From positions 10,664,001 to 10,728,000 of the forward strand of contig NC_043017.1 in the NCBI RefSeq assembly GCF_006345805.1: a stretch of DNA of 64,000 nucleotides, read 5' to 3'. Both the position numbers and the translations under genes were made by a program. Of the stretch, positions 25,600-38,166 are shown piece after piece. The DNA is from Octopus sinensis. Its lineage: Eukaryota. Each line of letters opens with the position of its first letter. The stretch's first letter is position 1. The notes below the pieces were generated by a model. It saw only the letters and a program-made list of their open reading frames with translations. It was not told where the DNA came from and made no database searches.

Positions 25600-26122
25600 A
25601 TGCATCTCATAGCAGAATCAGCTGATGGCTTCCCAGCTGTTCTCCTGAAGTCACGTAAGAAGGCTTTAGCAAAACCACTTCAGATACTTTTCCAAAGTTT
25701 CCTTGCAAGGGGCAAGCTTCCTAAAAAGCTAAATGAAGGCATTATATGCCCCAACTTCTCCTATATACTCACACACACACAAAAGTGGAAGCAGAGCAGA
25801 GGCCAAAAACTACAGGCCAATCTCTCTGACTTCACATATTTGGAAAGTCATGGAGTGAATCATCAAAAAGAAATTGATAATGTTCCTAGAAGAAAATGAC
25901 CTACTGAACAATACACAGCATGGCATTCGTCCAGGGAGAAGCTGCCTCACACAGCTCCTACAGCCCTATGACTGGGTTTTGAAACAGCTGTTTGATCATT
26001 CAGATGTCAGCGTGATATACCTTGACTTTGCAAAGGCGTTTGATAAGGTAGATAATGGCATGATATGTCATAAGCTACGAGACTTTGGCATTGCTGGTGA
26101 ACTGGGTGAGTGCCTGCATGAC
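25600..26122 (+). mobile_element. CR1-type LINE reverse transcriptase fragment
   Basis: DGFPAVLLK..KNYRPISLTS..QHGIRPGRSCLTQLL..VIYLDFAKAFDKV, with frameshifts and stops. Confidence 0.9.
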
Positions 26123-26157
26123 AAATGGAAACAGTGGATATAGATTTTTGTGTGTGT

Positions 26158-26197
<40 letters not shown>

Positions 26198-26289
26198 TGT
26201 GTGCATGTGCATTATGTGTGTGTGTCTTTGTGTTTGTGCACCTCCCTTCACCTCATCATTGCTTGACGACTAGTGTTAGTTTTACATCC

Positions 26290-26760
26290 CCATGAGGAGA
26301 CATGTTGAGTCAAGTACATGAACATGAACATCGAAATAAATATCAATGGAAATAGTAGTTGTGATACCTGTGCCGGTGGCACATAAAAAGCACCATCCAA
26401 ACGTGGCCGTTGCCAGCGCCGCCTCGACTGGCTTCTGTGCCGGTGGCACATAAAAAGCACCATCCGAACGTGGCCGTTGCCAGCACCGCCTTGGCTGGCT
26501 TCCGTGCCGGTGACACGTTAAAAGCTCCAACCGATCGTGGCCGATGCCGGGCCCCCCTGGCACCTGTGCAGGTGCACGTAAAAAGCACCCACTACACTCG
26601 CGGAGTGGTTGGCGTTAGGAAGGGCATCCAGCTGTAGAAACTCTGCCAGATCAGACTGGAGCCTGGTGCAGCCCCTGGCTTCCCAGACCCCGGTTGAACC
26701 GTCCAACCCGTGCTAGCGCGGAAAACAGACGTTAAACGATGATGATGATGATGATGATGA
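26290..26760 (+). mobile_element. RTE-associated SINE-like element (family D) with internal about 68-bp tandem repeats
   Basis: GGCGTTAGGAAGGGCATCCAGCTGTAGAAA core and (GAT)n tail. Other copies at 9645-9832, 25046-25372 and 37216-37615 (all -) and 53323-53490 (+). Confidence 0.7.
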
Positions 26761-27334
26761 CATAGAGGTTTGGCAAAAGAGACTGATAAAACAAGTTCTG
26801 GCTTTTAAAAAAAGGGTCATATGGAGTGGGGTTGATTTGTTTGACTAAACCCTGGAAGTTGGTACCTCAGCATGGCTGCAATCCAATGACTAAAACAAAT
26901 CAATGATAAAAGATAAAAAAGACCACCTCTGCAGAATACAATGCAGAGAATGGGATTAAAAAGAATGGCAAGGCTGAATATTGAAAGAAAATTTTGCCAA
27001 TATATCTTTTGGCAAAAATGCTGACCAAATAATTGTTATTTTTACTGCTAAGAAAGACAAGTAACAATATTTCTTTTAAGTTCCATGTTGTGTGATGTGT
27101 GTTATTTGTGTATCATTGATTGATATAAAGATTTTTCTTTAGAAATTGGTATTTGTGTTTGATATTATCTGTGTAAAATCTTAGACAAATACAAACAAAA
27201 CTTTGGTAAACCCTTATTCAAAGAGATCTCAACAGACCCATGTGTCATCATCATCATGATCATCAACATGATGATCATCATCATTTAATGTTTGTTTTCC
27301 ATGCTGTATGTGTGTGTGTGTGTGTGTATATAGG

Positions 27335-27740
27335 AGAAGTTGGGGCATATAGCTTAGAGGACAATTGGAATTTCCTGTAGGACAATTTACTGAGGGCTAC
27401 AGACGAAATCTGTGGTTAGTGCAGAGTCCTAGCTAGAGCAAGGGTGACATGGTGGTGGAGCAAGGAAGTTGATAGTACTATAGAAGCAAAATGACAGGCC
27501 TGGAAAGACTTGGAAAACAGTGGAAGCAGAGAATTGTATCAGGTAGTCAAAAGGGCAGCAAGGTGTCAGGTTTACCTAGCAAAAGGAATGGTCCAAGGTA
27601 AGGGATTTGCAAATGTCCTACAACGTGAGGATCAGAGGCATGAAGTGTTCAGCAGTGTATCAGAGAATAGAGATGAGGTAGATGAGAAACGTGTGCAAAT
27701 GGATAATGTTATGCTTGCACTTAGTGACTCAAGGAAGAAA
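27335..27740 (+). mobile_element. RTE-clade ORF internal fragment
   Basis: EDNWNFL*DNLLRATDEICG..RVTWWWSKEVD..AK*QAWKD..ELYQVVKRAAR, resembling the linker between endonuclease and RT. Confidence 0.65.
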
Positions 27741-27743
27741 GTC

Positions 27744-27965
27744 TCAGGGTGTTAAATCAGGGTTTCTGGTTGGCCAATCATGTGGACCTCGGCGACCCAT
27801 CCATCTCCCAGAGAAGTAGGCATTTAGCCATTCACAAACAACAGTAGCAAAATGTGAAGGAGCACCATCTTGCATAAAAATCAAATCTTCAATATTCTCC
27901 CAAGAACTGATAATTGGCCAGATTTCATCTTGCAGCATGGTGAGGTACCTTTCAGCATTCATGGT
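27744..27965 (-). mobile_element. Tc1/mariner-superfamily transposase fragment
   Basis: IFMQDGAPSHFATVVCEWLN..RWMGRRGPHDWPTRNPDLTP. A short inverted homologue lies at about 28365-28420 (+). Confidence 0.8.
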
Positions 27966-27973
27966 ATTGCAAA

Positions 27974-28005
<32 letters not shown>

Positions 28006-28007
<2 letters not shown>

Positions 28008-28105
28008 AGTTTAACGCATGTTTCGAAGATAACACTTATATTATTCCAAAAGAATAAAATGGTGTAAAACAATTTAATCTTCTCTTCAGGGAGAGAAATG
28101 AACTC
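28006..28105 (-). ncRNA. Degenerate hammerhead-like motif
   Basis: CUGAAGA-GAAGA..long hairpin..UCUUC-GAAA-CAUGCG-UU/AAACUCC. The proximal stem I partner is missing; only the distal GAGUU/AACUC pairs. Confidence 0.4.
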
Positions 28106-28539
28106 ATCAATAAGACATTTTATATATTATATATATATAAGTTTAACAATTAAGGATAATCTCTTAATAAGGGATCTTAACAAGAAATTATCAGGTAGCT
28201 AGCGTGAAAACCTCATAAAAGAAAAGAATCCGAAATAATTTTTTTCTTCTGAACAAATTATTATATCTATATTGTATAGAGGGCATTATTACACATAATG
28301 CCTCACACTAGGAGGGACAGAGTCATTACTACCAAAATTATACTATCATACCAAATGCAGGTATTTTTTATGCAAGATGGTGGCTCCTTCACATTTTGCT
28401 ACGTTGTTTGTGAATGGCTAAAAAGCCCGCCATTTACCGGATATATGATTTTAAACATTCCATGTGCTTGGCCGGAGTGAGCAGTTGTCTGTCGTCTTCG
28501 CTACGTAAGGTTAGTTTATTTATGATGTATTCAGAATCA

Positions 28540-28595
28540 GTTCTGCTGACGATCATTAGACTCAAGTTGTATGTGAAATCACGGTGATACAGAAC
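28540..28595 (+). ncRNA. Type I hammerhead-like motif, canonical core
   Basis: GUUCUG-CUGACGA-UCAUUAGACUCAAGUUGUAUGU-GAAA-UCAC(G)GUGA-UA/CAGAAC. Stem I is a perfect 6 bp. Predicted cleavage after 28589. Confidence 0.7.
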
Positions 28596-28661
28596 ATAAT
28601 TCATTTTTAAATGTCTTGCTTTGAAAAACTGCATTTGGGTATGATTAGTATAATTTTGGTA

Positions 28662-28761
28662 NNNNNNNNNNNNNNNNNNNNNNNNNNNNNNNNNNNNNNN
28701 NNNNNNNNNNNNNNNNNNNNNNNNNNNNNNNNNNNNNNNNNNNNNNNNNNNNNNNNNNNNN
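28662..28761. other. Assembly gap (100 N)
   Basis: Run of N; the true size is unknown. Confidence 1.
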
Positions 28762-29202
28762 AGTGAGGGAACAAGTAGGGGAGAATGGGAGAACGTGATG
28801 GAGAAGGACAGAAAGAGAGAAGGGAAGGTCTGATGTGCGTGAAAGTCAGAGATTTTGATAAAGTGAGGAAGAAAGGGAAGAATATAAAGAAAGTGAAAGT
28901 GAAAGTGAAGAAGATAGATATAAGTTAAATGTAGAGGAAAAAGAGGAGGAAAGGACATGGAAATGGTGATGTAAAGAGAGAGAGAGGGGGGAGTTAGATA
29001 CAGCTAAATGTAATAGAGTAGGATGGAGAAAGACAGAGAGAGAGAGGGAGGGAGAGAAAGACAGAGATAGGAAATTGTTAAAGACGGTGACGGCGGGATT
29101 GAGAGAGAGAGAGGAGAGATAGAACGAAGTTATAGAGAGGAAGAAAGACTGTGCAAAAGGGGAGAGGGAGAAAGGTGGTTAACAAGTGATTAGTGAAAGA
29201 TA

Positions 29203-29233
<31 letters not shown>

Positions 29234-30021
29234 TATGAAATAAGAAGGAATGAGAGTAAGAGGGAAGAGAGTAGAGGACATCGCAGTGAGAGAGGAGGAA
29301 AAATTAAAACAGAGTGGGGATGAGAGAGAGAGAGAGAGAGAGAGAGTAATGAAATAAGAAGGAATGAGAGTAAGAGGGAAGAGAGTAGAGGACATCGCAG
29401 TGAGAGAGGAGGAAAAATTAAAACAGAGTGGGGATGAGAAGAGAGAGAGAGAGAGAGGCATAAAGAGAGAGTGAAATGAAGTGAGGACGTGAAGTATAAA
29501 ACGCGAGGGGAAAAGAAGAAAATGACGAAGACGTGGAGGGATGTAGAGAGAGAGAGAAGACGTGAGTAAAAGAGTAAGAAAGATAGAGAGGGTGAGATAA
29601 TTGTTAGAGACTGATAGAGAGTAAGACGAGAGAGTAAAATGTGTTAGAGAGGGCGTAGAGAGAGGAAAGAAAAATTAAAAGTGACAGTGAAAGGAGGAGA
29701 GTGAGGGATAGAGAGATAGATGGAAAGAGAACGAAACATTGGGAAACAGAGAGACAGAAGGAGAGAGAGACAGGAAAAAGAGCGAGTGAGAGTGAGAGTG
29801 AGAGAGAACAGGACTAAGACAGAGGGGTATGAGGAACAGAGAGAGAGAGAGTATGTAAGATAGAGAAGAGAGAGGCAACCAGATGGAGTGGGGGGGGAGA
29901 GATGTATAATAAAAAGAAAGAAGAATTAGCGGGAAAAGTCAGTTGACGATAATAAAAGAAAATAGGAATGATAAAATAGAGAAACAGAGAAGCAGAGAGA
30001 GAGAGAGGGGGGAGAGAGAGA

Positions 30022-30455
30022 AACGGATAGAGACAGAAACAGAAGCTAAAGATGAGAGAGGATAAGAAAGTGAAAGTGAAAGAGAGAGTGAGAGAGAGGT
30101 GAAAGAGAGAGAGAAACGGATAGAGACAGGAACAGAAGCTAAAGATGAGAGAGGATAAGAAAGTGAAAGTGAAGAGAGAGAGGGGGGGAGAGAGAGATAA
30201 AGGGATAGAGACAGAAACAGAAGCTAAAGATGAGAGAGGATAAGAAAGTGAAAGTGAAAGAGAGAGAGAGGGGGGAGAGAGAGAGAGAAAGGGATAGAGA
30301 CAGAAACAGAAGCTAAAGATGAGAGAGGATAAGAAAGTGAAAGTGAAAGAGAGAGAGAGAGGGGGGGAGAGAGAGAGAAAGGGATAGAGACAGAAACAGA
30401 AGCTAAAGATGAGAGAGGATAAGAAAGTGAAAGTGAAAGAGAGAGAGAGGGGGGG
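30022..30455 (+). repeat. Purine-rich minisatellite, 85-93 bp x 5
   Basis: GGATAGAGACAGAAACAGAAGCTAAAGATGAGAGAGG.. units. A separate about 113-bp duplication lies at 29232-29440. Confidence 0.85.
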
Positions 30456-30732
30456 GGATGATGGAGGCATGCTAAATGACAGGACATGAAGCCAAGTAAC
30501 AACGAATATAACCTTGTGACATTGATCTAACGCTGTTGTGTTTTACTTAGTGTATCTCATGTGGAGCAATGTGACGGCGGTTCGTCCATGTTCACCGCGA
30601 AAGAAGAAACTACCTGCGTTAGAACAACTGACATGTATGTGTATGTGTGTCCATTGGTTTTACCTGCTCAGGGGGGAAATGGTAAGGCTACTTCAGAATA
30701 AAATAATATGCTAGATAGACAGATAGACAGAC

Positions 30733-30810
<78 letters not shown>

Positions 30811-30822
30811 GTAGGTAGATAG

Positions 30823-30862
<40 letters not shown>

Positions 30863-30931
30863 CAGATAGATATTGATAGATAGATAGATAGATAGATAGA
30901 CAGACAGATAGATAGATAGAGATAGATAGAC

Positions 30932-30988
<57 letters not shown>

Positions 30989-30990
30989 TT

Positions 30991-31060
<70 letters not shown>

Positions 31061-31091
31061 CAGATAGATATATGTGTATATATACATATAT

Positions 31092-31260
31092 ATACTTTAT
31101 TTAAAGCAGCAGAAAATTCAACAAAATCCGTTACTCTGAGTTTCTCGTTGCCGTTCATCAAACTGTCTGATGAACGGCAACGAGAAACTCAGAGTAACAG
31201 ATTTTTGTTGAATTTCTGCTGCTTTAAATAAAGCATATTACTCTACCACTGGTATTTGGG
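31092..31260. repeat. Hairpin element, family of 7612-7816
   Basis: TTTAAAGCAGCAGAAA.. arms surround a central hammerhead-like motif. Confidence 0.85.
31163..31200 (+). ncRNA. Type I hammerhead-like motif, canonical core (same family as 7741)
   Basis: CUGU-CUGAUGA-ACG(GCAA)CGA-GAAA-CUC(A)GAG-UA/ACAG. Predicted cleavage after 31196. Confidence 0.65.
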
Positions 31261-31292
<32 letters not shown>

Positions 31293-32003
31293 TGAATACA
31301 GCTAGATAGATAAATCTATCAGTATATCCATGTAATTATTTATATATATATATATAATGTTTGTATATAAGTAGATAAAAAATGCGTGTAGATACATAAA
31401 CACACACATATGTATGTATATGCATATGTATGGTTGTACGTGCGTAATTGTAAGCATGAAGGAAATGCGTGAGTGTATGTGTATATATATTTATATATAT
31501 ATAATGTATATGTATGTATGTATGTATGTATGTACGTGTGTGTGTGTGTGTGTATTGCATTCAGAGATTTCCCAGCCGAAAAGACATCACAGGTCCTCAT
31601 CATTGCAAGGCGCTCAGCTCTTCCAATTCTCATAATAAATCTTTACAGTACAAACGTATTGAGCTCTCTCAGGGATAGTAGTACATGGTACATCCTAATT
31701 GCTCTAGAGACGTAATGTGTATGTGTGCGTGCGTGTGTGCGTGCATGCGTGTGTGTGTGTGAGTGTGTGTGTGTGAGTGTGTGTGTGTGAGTGTGTGAGT
31801 GTGTGTGTGCGTGTGTGTGTGCTTATGATAAGCACTGAAGCACCGAGAGTTTCACTCTGAGAATCTATGTGTGTGTGTGTGTTTGCAGTTTGTTTGTGTG
31901 TGTAGTATCTATAGCTATCTGTCAACTTACATAACTACCTCCATCTATCTTTTTATCTATCTATTTACCTATCTGTCTGTCTATCTATCTTTTTGTCTGT
32001 CTG

Positions 32004-32046
<43 letters not shown>

Positions 32047-32093
32047 CTATGTATGTATGTATGTGTCTATCTCTCTCTCTCTATCTATCTATC

Positions 32094-32124
<31 letters not shown>

Positions 32125-32259
32125 CTATCTATCTCTGTATGTATGTATGTATCTATCTATCTATCTCTCTATCTATCTATGTGTGTATCTCTCTCTATCT
32201 ATCTATCTATCTATCTATCTCTCTATCTCTCTCTATGTATGTCTGTATGTATGTATTTA

Positions 32260-32296
<37 letters not shown>

Positions 32297-33319
32297 CTAT
32301 GTATCTCTCTCTCTCTCTATCTATCAAGCTATTCTCATCCATCTATCCAGCCATCCCTCTATCACTATGTCTGTCTGTCAACCTGCCTGATCGAACTCTC
32401 AATAAAACCAACTCTACTGTCATTAAACTGTAGCGACATACTCTCACCCTCTTCCACCTCCCCTTCCACTTACTCTTGCATTCCTCTTACTCTCTTCCTC
32501 CTGCCCCTCATGCTTCTCCCTTTATCTCCCTCATGCTTCTCCCCTATTATCACTTCTTAATATCGCCTTCCTTATCTTTATTTGCACCTCCAGTGTAAAT
32601 CTTATAATCTCTCCCTTCAACACTTCCAATCGCTCTCTCCGACTGTCCCTCATACCCCCTTTCTTTCTCATTCTTCTTTTCTCTTTCTGTCTTTCTCTCT
32701 CTGTCTCTCACTCACTTTCTGTCTCTTTTTTCTCTGTCGTTCTTTCTTTTTATCTCTTTGAGCTTCACACTCTTTCTCTCTGTTTGTCTTCCTTTCTTTT
32801 CCTGCGTTTGATCCCCCATCTCTCTCTCTCCCTCTCTCTTTATTCTCAATCCCTGTACAGTACATCTTTCTTTTCTCTTCTCTTTTAGCATTTCCTTTCT
32901 ATCACTTTCTCTTCTTCTCCCCTTTATCATTTCTTCACTTTCTGTTTCACTTTTCTCTATCCCCCCTCTCTCTCTTTCTCTCTTCCAACAACCTTCTGGA
33001 CTTTATTGTGGCGGGGAAAAGCGACACCAATATAACACGGGGGAGGAGGAGAACCTTTAACGTGGTCACCATACCTGCTAGAAAGATCAGCCAAATCTTC
33101 TTCAAACCACATTCTACTATCTTTAAAACAAAAACAAATGAATGAAAAAACATTGGGTAATGAATGTGGTCCTGTATCCAAAATTGCAAATAAAGAAAGA
33201 CAGGTTGGAATTACTTTAATCGTAATTCTGTTTAATCAAGGATCACCTGGGGTCGGACAACAGCAGCAACAATAAAAACTGCAGTAGCAGTATAAACCTC
33301 CCCACCACCACCACCCCAC

Positions 33320-33360
<41 letters not shown>

Positions 33361-34646
33361 ACAACAACAACTGTAGCGGTAACGGCAGCGCTAGTAGCAA
33401 TAGCAGTGTCACCATCACCACCATCACCATCAACATTATCATCATCACCATCATTATCAGCAGCGTCACCTTCTCCGCCACCACCAACATCGCCGCCATC
33501 ATCATCACCACCACCTCCACCATCATCAACATCATCAACATCATCATCATCAGCAACAGTAACAGAAGCCAGCAGTGGCAGTGACTGCAGCAACTGCAGC
33601 AACAACAGCAACAATAACAACCGCTACAGGAACAAGAAGAACAAGAACAACAACCTCAACAACCACAGCAAGAACAACGACCACAACAAGAAAAGCAGTA
33701 ACACTAGCATCTACATGGACGTTCCGACTGCTAGAAACAGTAGCCAAGTCTCCTTTCCAAAAAAAATCACACCCGACCTATCGCCTTCTGTAAGAACAGT
33801 TCGCGTTATATTATGTAGTCTTACATAGACCACAACTGAAACAAAAACAAAAAAAACGTGATGGACACGGCTGGACTGGCTTTGATAATGGGTGTACACA
33901 GATGAGGGTTGACCTGGGGGTGTTAAACAACAGCAGCAACCACGACAGCAGCAACAGCAGCAGCAACGCGTTAATATTTCGAGCGCATCTCACTTTCTCT
34001 CGATCGCTCCTCATGGGTGTACGTACGAATTAGTTGTTGTGTGTATATAACTATATAGACTGCACACACACAAACACACACATATATATATAGATAGATA
34101 TACTCATACATATATACACACTTGCCCACACACAAACATACATATATATATATATAGATATCTTCTTTTTCTTACTCATACATATATACACACTTGCCCA
34201 TACATACACATACGTACGTACACAGATAGCTACATAAACACACGAATACATACGTACGTAGGCTACATACAAACACACACAACACACACACACAAACGTC
34301 CCCTTTACTCGTGACATGTCCCCTGCAGTGACGACCGTGTCGGGGACGAAACACGGACCGCGGCCACGGAGCTTTCATGCTGTAGTTTCCATATATTGTC
34401 AGCTTCAGCGAAGATACCAACCCAGCGAAAGGAAAAGATAGATAAAGAGAGAGAGAGAGAGAAAAAAAGCGCGGGAGAGAGAGATAAGGAGAGGAATTCT
34501 GAGATAGAGGAGAGAACCCAAAGGCTACCAAGAAACAGGAGTACGTATCAAGGGAACTGTTCGACGTAAGGAATATTAATTCTTGGATTCTTTTCAACCT
34601 AACAATTCTATTTCTCTATCTGCCTGTCTGTCTATCTATCTGTCTG

Positions 34647-34707
<61 letters not shown>

Positions 34708-34742
34708 TTATCTATCTATCTGTCTATCTATCTATCTGTCTG

Positions 34743-34824
<82 letters not shown>

Positions 34825-34833
34825 GTCTGTCTG

Positions 34834-34886
<53 letters not shown>

Positions 34887-34995
34887 ATACTTACACATAC
34901 ACACAAGTACATCATCGTCGTTTAACGTCCGTTTTCCATACTGGCATGGGTTGGACGGTTTCACTGAGGTTTCACAGCGGCTGTACATATATATA

Positions 34996-35042
<47 letters not shown>

Positions 35043-35616
35043 CACACATACACACACACACACACACACACCTATATACATATATATTCTACGTATGTAC
35101 GTGCGTGTATATATTTATATATGTATCAATACACACACATGCATACATAATATATACAGTATGTATACATATATATATGCGTGCATGAATGCATAGCTAT
35201 GCAGTGTGCCCATCCAACACATGGTAAACTGAGATCTCCCTCTCTCTTTCTCTTTCTCCCCTCTCTCTCTATATATATACATATATAATGGTGTGTGTGT
35301 GTGTGTGTATATATGTCTACGTACCGTAGTGGTGTCCAGGTTTCAGGTTGATGGAATTCACACAACACACATGAATCTGTATTACATTGTCATGCTTGAG
35401 TTGGCTGATCAGCCAGGCATGAGTTGAAGGGGACCCTAAATAGCTGGTCGTAGTTGCCGACCCATACTACAGCCGTTGCCCTTTCTATGAGACCAGCCAG
35501 GGACTGTTTTGTGGCAGGGAGTGACCTCTGACACAAAAAGGTTAGGGATTCCATTTCATCCGCTCATAATCGCCACACAAGTACAGGCAATTACTCAACA
35601 CACACACACACACACG

Positions 35617-35656
<40 letters not shown>

Positions 35657-35674
35657 CACGCACAAACACACGCG

Positions 35675-35708
<34 letters not shown>

Positions 35709-36254
35709 ACACACGCACACACACACACACACACACGCACACACACACACACACACACACGCACACATATACTAATACACAACCATGAACGTATCTACAT
35801 GCATGCATGCACACATATGCATATGAATGTGCATACACTTGCATTCTAGCACATACACTAACACACACACACACACACACACACACACTTTCACACACAC
35901 TGATGCACAGCCCTGTATGCATCGCTCCCACACACATGTACACACACGTTTAGACATGCATGAGTGGACATATACATGCTCACTAACACTCATACACACA
36001 CTCATACATACATGCATACACACGCATACACACATAAGGTATATACGTAGGAACAATGGTATGTACACATGTATACATACATGGACACGCATATACAAAC
36101 TGACACATGTACAAACGCATACATATAGGAATGCGTATTCGCTTGTATACTAAGGCATACACACACATATGCATACTACTGCTCATACACATACAAAGGA
36201 GTATGCACAAACTAAAACACACATATAAATGCATACACGAATATGCATATACAC

Positions 36255-36590
36255 ACACGTGTATGTTTAAACGTGAATGTATATACATACACACATTAAA
36301 ACACTCGCACACAACCTAACACACACACATACACACACACACGTACACACACACATGTATGTTTAAACGTAAATGTATATACATACACACATTAAAACAC
36401 TCGCACACAACCTAACACACACACACGTACACACACACATGTATGTTTAAACGTAAATGTATATACATACACACATTAAAACACTCGCACACAACCTAAC
36501 ACACACACATACACACACACACGTACACACACACATGTATGTTTAAACGTAAATGTATATACATCCACGCATTAAAACACACACACACAC
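36255..36590 (+). repeat. Minisatellite, 84-96 bp x 4
   Basis: GTATGTTTAAACGT at 36261, 36357, 36441 and 36537. Confidence 0.85.
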
Positions 36591-37107
36591 ACACGTGTAT
36601 ACTAAAGCACTTACATAATCACATGAAACTATTTATCACATTCATACACACACCTACACATATACACACACACTTATGCAGACACATCAATGCATACATA
36701 CACAGATTAAACCATTAAGATATACATACTAACACGCACACACAATACATGTACATTAATACAAAAACATACACACACACTGTTACAAACACACACACAT
36801 ACACACAATAAATAACTAATACAAAAATATTAGCATACAGTTCATATACATTAATGTAAATATATATATATACATATATACACACTAATACATGCATACA
36901 AGTGCATACATACATGTTAACACATGCACACAAATACACACATGCACACAATATGAAAGGTTAATATAAACATACATACACACCTTAATATACACATATG
37001 CATACACAAATTATATACACCCACAAATATACGCACATTGACACATGATGTATACACACTTATACATACACCATCAATACTCACAATAACATAATAATAC
37101 AGACAAT

Positions 37108-37148
<41 letters not shown>

Positions 37149-37937
37149 TAATCTATCTATCTACCTGTCTATCTCTGTCTCTCTATGTATACACACACAC
37201 ATATGCCTACACATATCATCATCATCATCATCATCATTTAACGTCCGCTTTCCATGCTAGCATGGGTTGGACGATTTGACTGGGGTCTGGGAAGCCAGGA
37301 GGCTGCACCAGGCTCCAATCTTGATCTGGCAGAGTTTCTACAGCTGGATGCTCTTCCTTAATGCCAACCACTCCGAGAGTGTAGTGGGTGCTTTATGTGC
37401 CACCAGCACAGGGGGATCAGTCAGGCGGTACTGGCAATGACCTCACTCGAATCTTTTTACACATGCCACCGGCACAGGTGCCAGTAAGGCGACGCTGGTA
37501 ACGATCACGCTCGAATGGTGCCTCTTACATGTCACCAGCACGGAGGCCAGTTAACCGCTCTGGCAATGATCACGCTCGGATGGTGCTCTTAGCACACTAA
37601 TAGCACGGCGCTCTAATGCCACATTGTCTATCTATGTATCTAACATTCTATCTATCTCCCTATCTGTCTATCTGTCCAATCTATATCTATGTTCCATCAT
37701 CATATCATCATCATCCTTACTTATTTTTAAACTTCCACCTCTTTTTTTGGCCTGTTCTTCTCTGTGTTCAAACTACAACCTCATCACTGTATTCTGTATT
37801 CTTCCTGCTAGTCCATACCTTTTACAGGCAGCATTTATTACAGTTTTAAAAAAAAAAGTGTCATCGAAACAAAACTCAAAAAATATTAATTCTGAAAGAA
37901 AATAATTTCTTTATATATTTTTTTTTCTGCAAAATGT

Positions 37938-38166
37938 TTAACCCTTTAGTATTTAAACTGGCCATATCTGGCCAATAGTATTCTGCTTGTTTTATGCTCA
38001 AACTGGCCAGATCTGGTCTCTCTCACCAACCCTACAATATCGTTTAAAAAATTAACAGCTACCTCATCAAATTCTCATAGCTACAAGATGATGCATGATT
38101 AGTTCAAAATAAAGTGGAGGAAAAAGCATTAATTTTGGCAGAATAATGCGAAAACTAAAGGGTTAA
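37938..38166. mobile_element. piggyBac-like MITE
   Basis: TTAACCCTTTAG..CTAAAGGGTTAA, with TTAA TSD. Confidence 0.75.

Noticed and set aside
26340-26590. Regularly spaced repeats resembling a CRISPR array
   Set aside because: They are whole-unit tandem repeats of about 68 bp inside a retroposon, without unique spacers, in a eukaryotic context with no cas genes.
33241-33828. 196-codon open plus-strand frame beginning at an AG
   Set aside because: Mostly CAT/CAA/CAC repeats and open on both strands. It could not be joined in frame to neighbouring candidate exons.
35400-35520. HDV-like fold in a putative RTE 5' UTR (minus strand)
   Set aside because: P1.1 and J4/2 do not match the consensus, and the RTE identity itself is unverified.
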